Source: Zygnema circumcarinatum SAG 698-1b (taxonomy: Eukaryota > Plantae > Zygnematophyceae). Taken from it: DNA of 64,000 nucleotides. The position numbers and the translations under genes were made by a program. Positions 1 to 11,460 of this stretch are shown in pieces (the stretch's first letter is position 1; the number at the start of each line of letters is the position of its first letter). Where the stretch lies: NCBI GenBank assembly GCA_037447605.1, contig CM074818.1:1810617-1874616 (forward strand). Direction: 5' to 3'. Below the pieces are notes generated by a model. It saw nothing but the letters and a program-made list of their open reading frames with translations, made no database searches and had not been told where the DNA came from.

Positions 1-9
1 CATTCCTAC

Positions 10-812
10 CGATTTCCGAAGCGCTTGTACTCGGGGCCTGCTCGAGTGCGTATAGCCAGTGATCTCTGAGCTTGGCCATCCTCTCATCGTTCGCAATGCT
101 GTCATCGCCGGAAGCTGAACGAGCCTCTCCCATCGTCTCCGAAGCGAGGGAGTACACAGCGGAGTGGGTCCTCCTATAATTTTTCTCAATGTGAACAAGG
201 GTAGCTTGAACCGCAGTATCTATCTGCACCCCTTGTGCGTTCCTGTGGAGACGGGGTTGTGGGGGGAGAGGGAGGGGGAGTGAGAGACAGAGGGGGTGAT
301 GAGAACAGAGGAGAGAGGGGGTGGGGGGGGGAGGAAGAGGAGAACACATAAAGGAAGAGAGGGAAGAAAAAGGGAGGGACGAAGATTATGAGAGGGGTGT
401 GGAGAGAGGGCGATGGAGGGGACGAGAGGCAAGGGGGGCTGGGCGAAGGAGTGGGAAGAAGAAAGAAAATGGAGCGCAAGTGGAAGCGTGGGGAGGAGGA
501 AGGAGAGAGGAGGAGGAGGAGAGGAGAGGAAGAGAGAGGAGAGTGTGGGGAGAGGGGAGTGAGGAGGAGGAGATGTGNNNNNNNNNNAGGAAATACTCAC
601 TCGTAGAGGCCTTTCATCGCGATGTGAAAGTCGCCATAGCTATCGCTGAGCAGAAAGTGGATTTTGGCCACGCTTTTGATCATGAGGCTGAGGAACACCG
701 CGTTGTCCTTGCGCGGCTGCGGCTTCGCGGGGGTGAGAGCGCGCGGGATGCTGCCCAGAGTGAGCTTGAAGGCCTCCAGCATCCTCTCCATCACCTTGCC
801 GACCACCTCCAT
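10..812 (-). CDS. Spliced protein-coding gene of unknown function, partial (probably continues left of the window)
   Basis: Exons 812-601 and 242-~10 join in frame through GTGAGT...CACAG to give MEVVGKVMERMLEAF...KGLYE/NAQGVQIDTAVQATLVHIEKNY...; the intron is pyrimidine-rich on the sense strand. The family was not recognised and the start codon is uncertain. Confidence 0.5.
578..587. other. Assembly gap (10 N)
   Basis: Run of n inside a GA-rich intron. Confidence 0.99.
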
Positions 813-1769
813 GCTGGGCCCTCGCAATGCTTCTCCTTCTCTTTGTGTGAGTGTGTCTCTCTCTCTCTCTCCCTCTCTCTCCCCTTATCCCTCCCTCTTC
901 CCCGCTTTCAACCCCTCTCTCTCTCTCCCCCTCTTCCCTATCAGTCTCTCTCACCCCCTCTTCCCTCCCCCACTCTCTCCCCCCCTCCTTTCTTCCCTCT
1001 CTCAACCCCTCTTCCCTTTTCCCTCTCCGTCCCCCACTAAGCGCTCTATCCGCCGCCTCAAATTCCCCATTACCTGTGCCGAGTAGGTACTCTATGTTCA
1101 GACACGATTCTCCGTACACTTCTCGTACTGACGACGACCGGCAGCTCCGCCGACCGCCGAACTGGCCGGCCGGTCAAAATCTTCCAACGCTACGCTCAAC
1201 TTTATCTGTGACAAGCCATGGAATGGCCCACTCCATGTCTACAGCCTGGTCGGTGCCCCACGATTTGACGTACGTCTGACGTCACCTAGACAGTTCTATT
1301 TGTCTTTTTCTAGGGGGATCACCTGTACGGTAACCGGTTTGCGCCGCTCTGCCGGCCGGCAAAAGGTACAGAATCTGCCACGTGGACAAACCGACCAATG
1401 GGCATCTTCGGAAATGCTGTCAGAGATCCAGCCAATGCGTGGTCATACGGATGAAAACCGTCCAAAAGTCCGTGCAGTTGTCAGCGGGCAATCATTGGGC
1501 TATCTTGACATGGGCCAAATATTGGCCGCCGACCAGAGTACGGACATACCAACGGAGACCCCTAGATTCTCAGATCTGACATTTGTCCAGAACACGCTAC
1601 ATGCGGAGGTGGCCGTATCCAGTTCCTTGCAGCGTTTTACGGACCGCTCTAGCGTTGCGGACGAGTTTCGTTCCGTTACATGCATGTGGGCTACAGTGCC
1701 CAGTCCCCTGGGGTCTCTCACACCGGCGACTTTTTTCATCTCTATTTCTCCCCTCGCGTCTCTGAGCCC

Positions 1770-1938
1770 TCTCCCTCTCCTCTCCCTCTCCCTCTCCCTC
1801 TCCTCCCTCTCCCTCTCCCTCTCCCTCTCCCTCTCCCTCCCTCTCCCTCTCCCTCGCCCTCGCCCTCGCCCTCGCCCTCGCCCTCGCCCTCGCCCTCGCC
1901 CTCGCCCTCGCCCTCGCCCTCGCCCTCGCCCTCGCCCT
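1770..1938. repeat. Compound hexamer microsatellite (CTCTCC)n switching to (CTCGCC)n
   Basis: Directly visible; it creates the spurious LS/RP/GR/AR dipeptide ORFs in the track. Confidence 0.95.
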
Positions 1939-2896
1939 AGCCATGGGCCGGCGGCCGCGAGAGTCAACGCTATCGAGTGCCCTTCGTACGGTGGCTGGCC
2001 GGCGCGGACCAGCGTCAATTTTTGTTTGTACACTGACAGTGTCGTCGGCTTCGATCCCGACACCGACACCGATCTATCTCCCCCATTTTGCGGTACCCTG
2101 CCACGTGGACATACCCTGCCACGGGGGACTTTGTGGCGTGGGCCAATCAGGCGATACTTTTCAGTCATCAATTTCATCATTTTTCGATGGATACGCTGTT
2201 TTTTGTCGTATTATCGGCACGCTTCGAATCTACATGGAGCGGCCGTGCATTGAATTAACGGGATTGACGCAAGCCTCGCCCGTGTGAAGCCAAGCTGACG
2301 GCCGGCTGACGGCCGCCGGACGATTTCGGATCTCAAACCGGCAGGCCGTACGGACGGTACCGCGGGAGTCTGCGAGAGCTCCCGGGCCCACGAGTGCAAT
2401 AGGGGGAGTGAGACATTGACCATCGCGTACTAAATTCCCGAATTTAGTATACTAAAAGCCAACGTTTCGTGTACGAACTCCGAGTCGGGATCCGCGGCTC
2501 CGCCGTACCCAGCTGTACCGAAATGCGTACCTAGCCAATGCTTAATTCGCCCGACAGGCTTACTAAAAATGATTTGGCCATGTTCAGTTTGACCCCCGCT
2601 AATGGACGAAAAGGCCGAGTGACCTCACAGGTAAAATTGGAGGTATGACAGTGCTTTATCGCCAGGGTAATTTTGTCGATTAAAGTTATTGCAGGAATTG
2701 CAGCGCGCAGCACGACAACAAAAGGTCTCAGAGTGAATTGCTCCGACTTGCTATACCAAGGACGAGGGTTTATGGGAAAGAGGCGTCAGAAATATTCCCA
2801 TTTCTTCTCTATTCCGTCAAGGGGAGCCAGTGCAGACTTGCCACGTAGTTCAGAAATGGCAGGACATGATTGGAGGATTGGCTGAATGTTGGGGTC

Positions 2897-3100
2897 GGGT
2901 TTAGGGATAGGGGTTAGGGTTAGGGTCTGAAGGTTAGGGTTAGGGTTGGGTTAGATTTAGATGTAGGGGTTTAGGGCTTAGGGTTTACGGTTTAGGGTTG
3001 GGTTAGGATTAAGTTTAGGGTTAGGGTTAGGGTTTAGGTTAGGGTCAGGAGCTAAGGTTAAGGGTTATTTAGGGTTTAGGGTCAGGGTTCGGGGTTAGGG
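2897..3100 (+). repeat. Degenerate interstitial telomere-like array (TTAGGG/TTTAGGG variants)
   Basis: Repeated ggttagggtt/gggtttagg units over about 200 bp. Confidence 0.9.
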
Positions 3101-3716
3101 GCTACGCTGGGTTGGGGTTCCGCGGGATGCCGACCGACACTCGTGGTTTCTCAACGAGAGCAAACAAAGCCACGGAGCAGGACTTCTGCCAAGTCTCACG
3201 GAAGCCCGAAGTCCTCCGACTATCCCTAAGCCCCCGTGTACTTCAGAAGCAGCTCCTCCTCCCAGCCTCCCTGCTCCCTCCCTCCTCCCTCTCTCCATGC
3301 CCCACTCTCTCTCCGCCTCCCCTCTCTCTCCATGTCATGTAAATGAATGAGAACAAAATGGCCATAGTTTTGTTTAACAACAAATGACCAATGTCCCAGA
3401 CAGTAGCAGGAAAGACAAATGGCGCTCTGAGCTTTCATGACTTCGCTTGTCCCCAAAATGGAGCGAGAGCCTCTTTCAAAGCGTGACAAATGTCACAACT
3501 GCGTACACCAAATGTCACGTTTTGTACTTTCTCTCTCTTACAAGGTGAACACTGTACAAAGCACTGATCCAGAAGAGCCGAAGCTCTCTTATTGGAAACT
3601 CGCCGGCTGGGACACATCATCCTCTCCCTCTCCCTCTCCCTCTCCCTCTCCCTCTCCCTCTCTCCCCCTTCCTTTCCAGCCTCTCCTCTCGTCAAAACCT
3701 CCCTCTCCTACTCCTC

Positions 3717-5643
3717 CTACAACATAACGCTGTTCAAGTATATTCGGTGCACTTGGCTGGGAGACAGCTTTCTCCTACAAGTTGGGCACTTTTTCTGAGC
3801 CTTTATGGACTCCAAGATGCACTGCTTGCAGAACAGGTGGCCACATATTGTAGTGGACGGTTCGGTCATAGTGTCTCTGCACACAACGCATACGAGAGTG
3901 GCCTCTCGGGGAGGGTCCGCTGTAGGAGGCTTTGGGACGGCGGGAGGAGAGGGAGCCTTAGACCCGTTGTCACTCAGTCGCCGTCGCTTCTGTTGAGAGC
4001 AGAGAGTAAACCATTAAAAAGCATTAAAAAGAGACAAAGCAAGAGATAATGAGTGTTGCAGACAAACAGTGGGAGTGAAAACAGACCAGAATTAACCTTC
4101 AATTGCAGAGGAGAGGAAAGCCAAGAGAGAGGGTAAAACAAAGGAAATATCGTCGATTGAGAAGCGCACAGCAGGAGGAGGGTGAGACAAGAAAGGAGGA
4201 GAAAAGGAGAGGAGGCTGAGGAGGGGGGAAAAGTGGTCAGGGTTTCAGACTTACAGCAGAACACAAGGGGCGTTCCATGAGCAGTTGGCAGTCATCCGGA
4301 GCACTTGGAGTTGTAAGGTCGACAGAAATTGGTTTTGAAGAACTTCCAAGAGCTACTTCCAACGGGTGGACTCTTTCGGCCGGCGATGGCCTCAACTCGG
4401 TTGACGAAAGCAGTCGACCTGCAAGAAAAAACTGAATTGTGAATAGCAAGGCAGAGAAATGGAGAGAACGACAGGGCGAGAGAGAGAGAGAGAGAGAGAG
4501 AGAGGGGAGAGAGGGGAGAGAGAGAGGGGAGGGTCCAGGAGAGTCCATTCGTTCTGCAAAGTAAGATGTGTCCAATATGAAAAAGTTTGTACCAGCCGAG
4601 AAATTCGTGTCAAAGTCAAAGATGTACACACCAATCACAATCGAGGCAGACCATAAACTGACGACTAGGCAAGGTCAAATCAAAAGGACGTAAATAAAAA
4701 CTAAAGCATAGGCACTGTCGATTGGCCAGAGAAAGAGAGAGGGAGGGAGAGAGCGGGCGAGAGGAGGAGAATACCAAGGAAATTGATTGTTTCTGGAAAT
4801 GGCCTCCGTCGCCTGCGGCTGGACATGTCTGTATTCGTCTTAGCCTGTGTCAATACGAGCATCACAAACTGCTGTTATGTAAATCGGAGAGGAAGTTCAT
4901 TCAGGCTGCGAGAACGAGCTCAGAAGCCATGAAGAAACTTTAGCAGCGTTCATCCTACACATAGGCATAGGTATGAAATAAACATTAATCAGGTTATATA
5001 GAGAGGAAGCAACTGACACATTTCATGCGGTAAAATGACTTGGCATACTCCAGACATACACCGCATGTGGAGCCAACAGAAGCCATGCACCATTGCTGCA
5101 GCTCTCCAAGCAAATCAGCCACTTCTTTCTGAGACGGAAAGAAGAAAGCAGCAGCTCACAGTACGAAAAAATAAACCACTAAAATTGGCCCTTTGGCCAT
5201 TCAACTTAACCTAAAGGGGACAATTCTGTGAGCCTATGCCTCCTCTGTATGACGCGTCTGCAAGACCTAATGGGCCCACGAAGGGGGAGAGAAGGACAAA
5301 AACAAATAGAAAGAAAGAAAACGCCAGCACCAACGACATAACGTGAAGCCATCATCATCGTCGTCATCATCAACATAAGCATCAGCAAACGAAAGAACTA
5401 ACAGTATCACTGACCAGAAGGCGCAACCAAATGCAGAATAATGGAGCCATGACTTACCATTACTGAGCTCCTCGGCGACAGCACCTGGCAGTCGTCGTCA
5501 TCATCCTCCAAATCAATTGTAGGAGTGACGATCCGACCCATGGTGCATGGAATACTGCTGCTATTGCTGCCAGCCTCGTGGCGGCTCCGCGCTGAAGCAG
5601 CTTTGGAACTGACCGTGCTCCGCAGTGAATGACGGCGTTCCAT
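3717..5643 (-). CDS. RING-HC E3 ubiquitin ligase of the RNF4/STUbL (SUMO-targeted) type
   Basis: The last exon (3989-3717) encodes CVVCRDTMTEPSTTICGHLFCKQCILESIKAQKKCPTCRRKL..VHRIYL*. Upstream exons (~4418-4255, ~4828-4775, 5643-~5458) carry SIM-like motifs (TIDLEDDDDD, ISVDLT, DDCQVL, DDCQLL) with GT-AG borders. The middle exon structure is only partly resolved. Confidence 0.85.
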
Positions 5644-5851
5644 GCCACTTTCCAAACGCCCTACGACGGAGTCCGCGGACATCAAGGCAAATATGATATC
5701 TGAATTCCCTTTCTCTGAAGATTCCTGCACCTGGTCAAGCTTCCTTTCAAATCCAGGAGAACCAGCAAGGCGGAAGCTGCGTCTGCAAACCCTAAAGGTG
5801 CTCCGCTTTCGCTGCCCTACCTACAAGCTGGTACAAAAAGTGAGCAATGGC

Positions 5852-5884
<33 letters not shown>

Positions 5885-6093
5885 CTATGCAGACTGAATG
5901 TAGGAGCAAGACGAGGCGTAGTCAAAGTGAGGGTGGGGGACGGTATGAATAGCAGGACGCTCAGGATAGTAATTTTTTTGGGTGATTTTGAGGCCGTTGT
6001 TTGCAACGTGTCCCTTGAAGCCCATTTTTCGTTTACATCCAACTTTTTAAGGGATTTAAGGAAGTCCCTTAAACTTAATGATGCCTGCACAAC

Positions 6094-6143
6094 GAACGGA
6101 AGTGGCATTGAGCTCACGATGGCGAGGCCATCAAATGTACATG
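6094..6143 (+). repeat. 50-bp inverted-repeat arm (TIR-like) with internal hairpin GATGGC-GAG-GCCATC
   Basis: Reverse-complement match to 11411-11460 with 3 mismatches; the same core forms both ends of the foldback at 50373-50951. Confidence 0.85.
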
Positions 6144-6159
6144 GCCATGTCCACATGGC

Positions 6160-6455
6160 ATGTCCGCAGCATGCATGCATCATGCCATGCCATGCCATGC
6201 CATGCCATACGGCCCGGCCCGAGCCTGCCGAGCCCCGAGGCACAATTTCCATGCAAGATCCCAACAGGGCGAGAACGGAGCAGAGTCTGTTTCACGGAGC
6301 ATGTAGCTGCGGAAATAGAAACGCCATATGCTTCCATCACATGGCTGCGCATCATGCGCTAAGCGCTGGGACGGCATGACCTCATATATACATACATGCA
6401 TGACCTCATACATACATGCACTCATATACATACATGCATGCACGCATGCCCATCA
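6160..6455. promoter_or_regulatory. CATG/RY-repeat-rich tract (multiple CATGCA) upstream of the FLOE-like gene
   Basis: gcatgcatgcatcatgccatgccatg..., catacatgcatgcacgcatgcc. RY motifs are known B3 (ABI3/FUS3/LEC2) sites; function here is inferred. Confidence 0.4.
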
Positions 6456-7549
6456 CGGGAGACATTGTTCACCACATGGCCTCCATGTTCTCCTCCCAGG
6501 TCGCCCAAGTTTCTTGCCATAACACTTTTACAGTTGAATAACTGTAACTGGAGACAGTTGCAACATGGGTTCTAAGCATGGAGCAGTTGTTTGTACATTT
6601 TTCGTACAAAAGATATTGTCTGCGGCTCACGGCACTCGGAAAGTGCCGCGTTCTTGGCTCGTCTTCTTTTCTTTTCTGGGCAGCCCGTAGTAGTACCTTC
6701 AGAATCTTCATCCGACAAAAAACTTTGCATATTCCAGAAATGCAAATAGTTTTGACCAACAAAAATTAAGGGGAACGAAAATCTGCCATCTTCCCTAAGT
6801 TCTGCGGGGTTTGACTTTTCTGACCGCGCCCGGCGTGTCGGTCGACGCAGAAGAAAATTTCAGATGTCTGTTGAAATGACGTTTCCTGCCCGAGAAAATG
6901 TTTTTCCTGCCCGTTGACAGCCAGCTGTATCGAGGGAAAACCATGGAGGCTTGAGGAAGGGGCGCGTCCTTCCTGAGATCCTCCCTCTCCCTCTCCCCTC
7001 TCCCTCTCCCTCTCTCCCTATCCATCCTCCCTCCCTCCCTCCTTCCTTCTCCCTCCTTCTGTCTCCCTCCTCCCGTTCTCTTTCTTCCATAGACGCACTC
7101 GTCTCTTTCAGCGGGAAGCTCAAAAAGCATAGGTAAGGTTAACCCTAATTTTGTTTTTGCTGGCTTTCGGCTTTCGTCCGCTTCTTGGGCCGGGGGCCGA
7201 GAGGAAAGAGAGAGAGAAAGAGAGAGCGAGATCGGGAGGGAGAGAGAGAGACAGACGGGGGCAGGGGAGGGTGAGAGTTGAATGGGGAGAGAGAAGGGAA
7301 GTCTGATTGGATGGAAGCTGAAGTTGGAGAGAGAGGTGGGTAGGGAAGGGATGGGGAATGGAAGGGGGGGAGGGTGGTGTGATGGAAGATATGAGGGAAG
7401 AATAAGGGATAGGAAGGGGGTAGGTATGGAGGAGGTTGGGATGACGATGTCGGTGAACATGACGATGCAGCTGTATGATGGAATTCTCTCTCTGATTTTA
7501 TCTTCTCTTCCTTTATGATGTGACGTGTCTACAGGCCGTTTGAGCATCC

Positions 7550-10453
7550 ATGGAGCAGCATCGCTCCCAGAAGAATGTGCCCGGCTCGCAGAGCGAGCCC
7601 TTCTATGACCTTCTGCAGCCCTCCCACCCTCCTCCTTCAAGCTTCTCTGGAGGAGGAGGTGGAGGAGGAGGGGGGGCTTCTCAGGATCCTTTTGTTAATA
7701 CGGAAGCGAGCTTTGACTTTCAGCAGCTTCGTCCTGCAAAGGGGAAACCTCCTACAGAGGAGCAGAGAACGAGGAATCGGCAGGATGATCACAGCGCAGA
7801 TAATGGGAATCAGCAGGGCTCGAGTATTTACAGCGGCTTTGGAGAATCGAACTCGGAAAGCACGGTACAGAGATGGAGTTTGTGGTCGTGGGATAGTTTT
7901 TCCTATTGAAAGTATGTTCAGATGGAGCAAGATGGTGATGTTTGTGAAAGGTTGTTGTGCCTAAATTAGGGTTGAGTCGTGGGATTATGTTGAGCATTTG
8001 AGGCATGATGTATGGGATATGATGGTCTAGTGTTTGTTTCACTGTGGCTGTAAATTTTTCTGATGGATACAAGACTTATTCTTGATGTCAGAATCAAACG
8101 TGATATCATCAAGTGTGATTCACAAAGTCAATAAAATAGCAATGAGGAAATTGAAAGCTCAACATTAACAAGTGTTCGAGATTGTTTCTTTGCATGCAGG
8201 CAAAAAAATCTCCTCTGTGGAACCCCCCCCGAGATGCACCCACGGGGCGGTCTCTCACTCCAGATGTTGCATGGAACTCCGATTCCGGCAGTGCTCACGG
8301 ACAACGGCATGCAGAAATGCTTCATCCGAAAGCGGAAACTGTTGACCATGCCACTGTGAATGCGGTGGAACGGACCATGAAGAAGTATGCAGACAATTTG
8401 CTGCGAGTGTTGGAGGATATGAGTGGCAGGCTGCAGTTCTTAGAAAATACAACCTCCCGCCTTGAAGGTGTTGTTTTGGAGATCAAAGGCGCAGTCAGTA
8501 ACAACCACGGAGAGATGGATGGACGGATGAGATCGCTCGACAACATGGTCCGGGAGGTGAGATGGAGTGAGGGTAGCCTGTGTCTGCTTGAAGGAACTGA
8601 AGGGGAGAATTTGTCTTTTGACTGCATGCAAACTTGCTTTTCCTGGTATCCTCGACTTTCACTTCTTATGCAAGGAGAAGTTTCTCTGTAAGGATCGTGG
8701 GATTGGTTATCGATTCTAGCTGCCGCTACTAATCTGGTTGATGTAGCGTGCATGTATCAACATGTCTCCGTTTAGCTATTTAGAATAATTTTTTATTTCC
8801 ATTCCTGCTTGCTCTTTCCCTCGTCTCTCTTTCCCTTAGGAGCCTGCATTCACTTCCTTTGCTTAAGAACTGCATGTTCACTTGTGAAATTCCTCTGCTT
8901 AATGGAGGCCCTATTTTCTGGTTCGTTTTCTGTTGTAGATACACGATTTATTTCGGCGGAAGGAACATTTGTGCCTGTTTATGCTAGAAACCCTCACATT
9001 GTGAATATCTTTCACTCAACAGAAAGGAATTTTTGGGTGGCTATTTTTGCTCGAAACCCTAAAAATTAGTTACTTCCTCCTTACTGTTTGTCTGCAGGTT
9101 CAGCGAGGGTTGCAGGTTCTTCGTGATAAGCAGGAAATTGCAGAAGCACAGGCTGAGCTGGCAAAGATACAGGTGACATCTGCTCCAATACAAGCTCCTT
9201 CGGCTCCCAAACCAAGTCAGGAGCAGCCACCTGCCTCCCACCCACCTCCTCCCCTCCCTCTCCCACCTGCTCCCGTCTCCCATCAGCCTCCCTCTGCTCC
9301 CCCTCATTCAGAGCCTCCTCCAGCTGCCTACTCTTCTCCCTCAGCCCCTGCACTCTCAAATGCTGCTGTGGAATTTCCTCCTCAGTACTTAAACCAGCTT
9401 CCAGCCCTTCCTGCTCCCCCATCTGTACATTCCATGCAAGCAATGCAGCCTCCCTCTCAGCCTCCCCCTCCTCCTCCCCCTCCTCCCGCAACCCAACAAC
9501 AGGGGCCTCCCACTTCAGTCCCCATGCATTCTCTCCCACCCAACGGCTCTTTTGGCCCTCCTCAGAACCTTCAGGGTCCCCAATATCCTCAAGAGCTTCC
9601 TCACTACATGCAACACCAAGCAGGGCCTCCTCCTCCCCCCACTCCTCCTCCTCCTCCTCCCCCTCAGCAGTATTCCACTCCCCCTCTAAACAGTGCTCCG
9701 CAGCCCCAAATGTCGTTTGCTCCTCCTGCACCTCGGGGAGAGGGGCCTCCCTCCTACCACTCAGGCTATGATGCTCCTCAGAGAGGCCCTCCTTCTGGGC
9801 CTCTCCCACCTCAGCAAATTCAGCAAGGAATTCAGCAACAGCAGCAACAGCAACAGCAACAACAGCAACAACAGCAACAACAGCAACATCAACAACAGCA
9901 ACAGCAGCCGCAGCAGCAGCAGCAGCCGCTTCAAGGGAGGCAGTTTCAGGCTCCCCCTTCACCTTCCATGTATGAGACGTTCAATTACCCACCAAGGCCC
10001 CAATATAACATCCCTCCAACCCAGCCTATCCCTCCTCCATCTATGTATGATATCCCTGCCGGACCCACTCTCGGATATGGAGGCCCTCCTGCAGGCCCTC
10101 CTGCTTACCGTGTAGCTCAGCCTGTCCCTTCATCTGGAGGGAGTGTGGGAGGGGGAGGAGGGGGGTATCCCCGCCTGCAGCTTGCCCAGCCTGTTCAGCA
10201 GTCCCCACTCGCTCCCTCATCTGCTGCCTCTGCAGCCCCTTCTGCAGGGGCGGGAGCGAATGGGCCCCTTAGTGCGAGCCGTGTTCCTATTGATAAAGTG
10301 ATAGAGGATGTAGCGGCCATGGGATTCACCAAGGATCAGGTCCGGAGTGTAGTGAAAAAACTGACTGAAAATGGTCAGTCGGTCGACCTGAATGTGGTTC
10401 TGGATAAGCTCATGAATGGGGATGGAGGTCAGAAGGGCTGGTTTGGACGATAA
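7550..10453 (+). CDS. FLOE1: FLOE-family protein (coiled coil, Q/P/S-rich prion-like region, C-terminal DUF1421)
   Basis: Three in-phase exons: 7550-7864, 8200-8556 and 9098-10453. Motifs: VERTMKKYADNLLRVLEDMSGRL, VQRGLQVLRDKQEIAEAQAELAK, a long P/Q-rich tract, and RVPIDKVIEDVAAMGFTKDQVRSVVKKLTENGQSVDLNVVLDKLMN. The symbol denotes the family; orthology is untested. Confidence 0.9.
9833..9925 (+). repeat. Mixed CAG/CAA repeat encoding a polyglutamine tract in the FLOE-like protein
   Basis: cagcaacagcagcaacagcaacag... translates to the long Q run in ORF 9047..10453. Confidence 0.95.
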
Positions 10454-10509
10454 GTCGATCTGAAGGCCACGATTTGGAGGAGATTTAAGCCGTGAGTTTT
10501 TACCTTCTG

Positions 10510-10556
<47 letters not shown>

Positions 10557-11410
10557 GAGTGTGGGACATGTGAGAGAGAGGCTGGAGTGAGCGGAGGTCG
10601 AGGAGTTTGGGTCCGAGTGTCTACTGGAGGAGGAGGAGCAGCCGGACTTTGTGCCTTGTTACTTCTGCATTATTGGATATGTTGAATGTGTAGATATATC
10701 TGTTCAGTACTGTGAAGTGAGCGGCGAGGATTTAAGGCCCAGACAGTTAAAATTCTAGGGTTTAGTCAATGTAATTTCTGTGATTTGAACTTTATGTCCT
10801 TTGAAAGAACACTATGGGAAGGAGAGAGGAGGGTGTTGGGAGTTTTGAGCGTCCGCACCTTATTGGGTGGAAGGTACATTTGGAACATGGGAATGGCCTG
10901 GAACATTCTATGTGCGGGTGTTTAAGTTGCCGTTCTGGTTGTACTGTGTCTATGTCCTTGTGCAGAAATATGAGTTGTTTTCCCGTTCAGTTCCGTGTAC
11001 CTGCTTGATTGTGCAGTAACAGTTCTATGGGGGTCAGTGCCAGTTCGTTACAGCTCTGCGTTCTATGCGATCACTTACTGAGATTTTTCTGAGTGGTTCC
11101 TTGATGCTTTCAGCGGATGCCTTTGGTCGTTTTCCGAATATCATCGCATGGCGGAGTTAGAACTGACTGGGTGGCAGTTTTGAGAGCGAAACAAGCATGC
11201 AATTTTGTGCTGCAAATGGGAATCAAGGCTGGCCATGCCCATCATGTCAAAGCTAAAATGGCATGCGTTGCAAAACAGTGGTCGAATATCCAATGCGGGT
11301 CGCCACGTATACAAATTTGTGAATCCTCATTGGTAGATGCTCCATTGTAAATTCGCAATGGCGAGAGGCCCCCCGAGTTGTTCCTCGTGGTTCCCCATGC
11401 TGATCGTGTT

Positions 11411-11460
11411 CATGTACATTTGATGGCCTCGCCATCGTGAGATCAATGCAACTTCCATTC
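11411..11460 (-). repeat. Second arm of the 50-bp inverted repeat (partner of 6094-6143)
   Basis: catgtacatttgatggcctcgccatcgtgagatcaatgcaacttccattc; the flanking cctcgtggttcc also matches the right arm of the 50.4-50.9 kb foldback. Confidence 0.85.

Noticed and set aside
186-1279. Long P/S/L-rich or G/E/R-rich ORFs (for example 321..1040, 640..1119 and many similar ones across the window)
   Set aside because: They are translations of (CT)n/(GA)n low-complexity DNA or antisense frames of real exons.
1300-2253. 317-aa ORF with an RP dipeptide run and its antisense GR run
   Set aside because: It is kept open by stop-free hexamer microsatellites, with a non-ATG start and no recognisable domain.
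2531-2885. Short ORFs open on both strands next to the telomere-like array
   Set aside because: No recognisable motif and no convincing splice context; too short to support.
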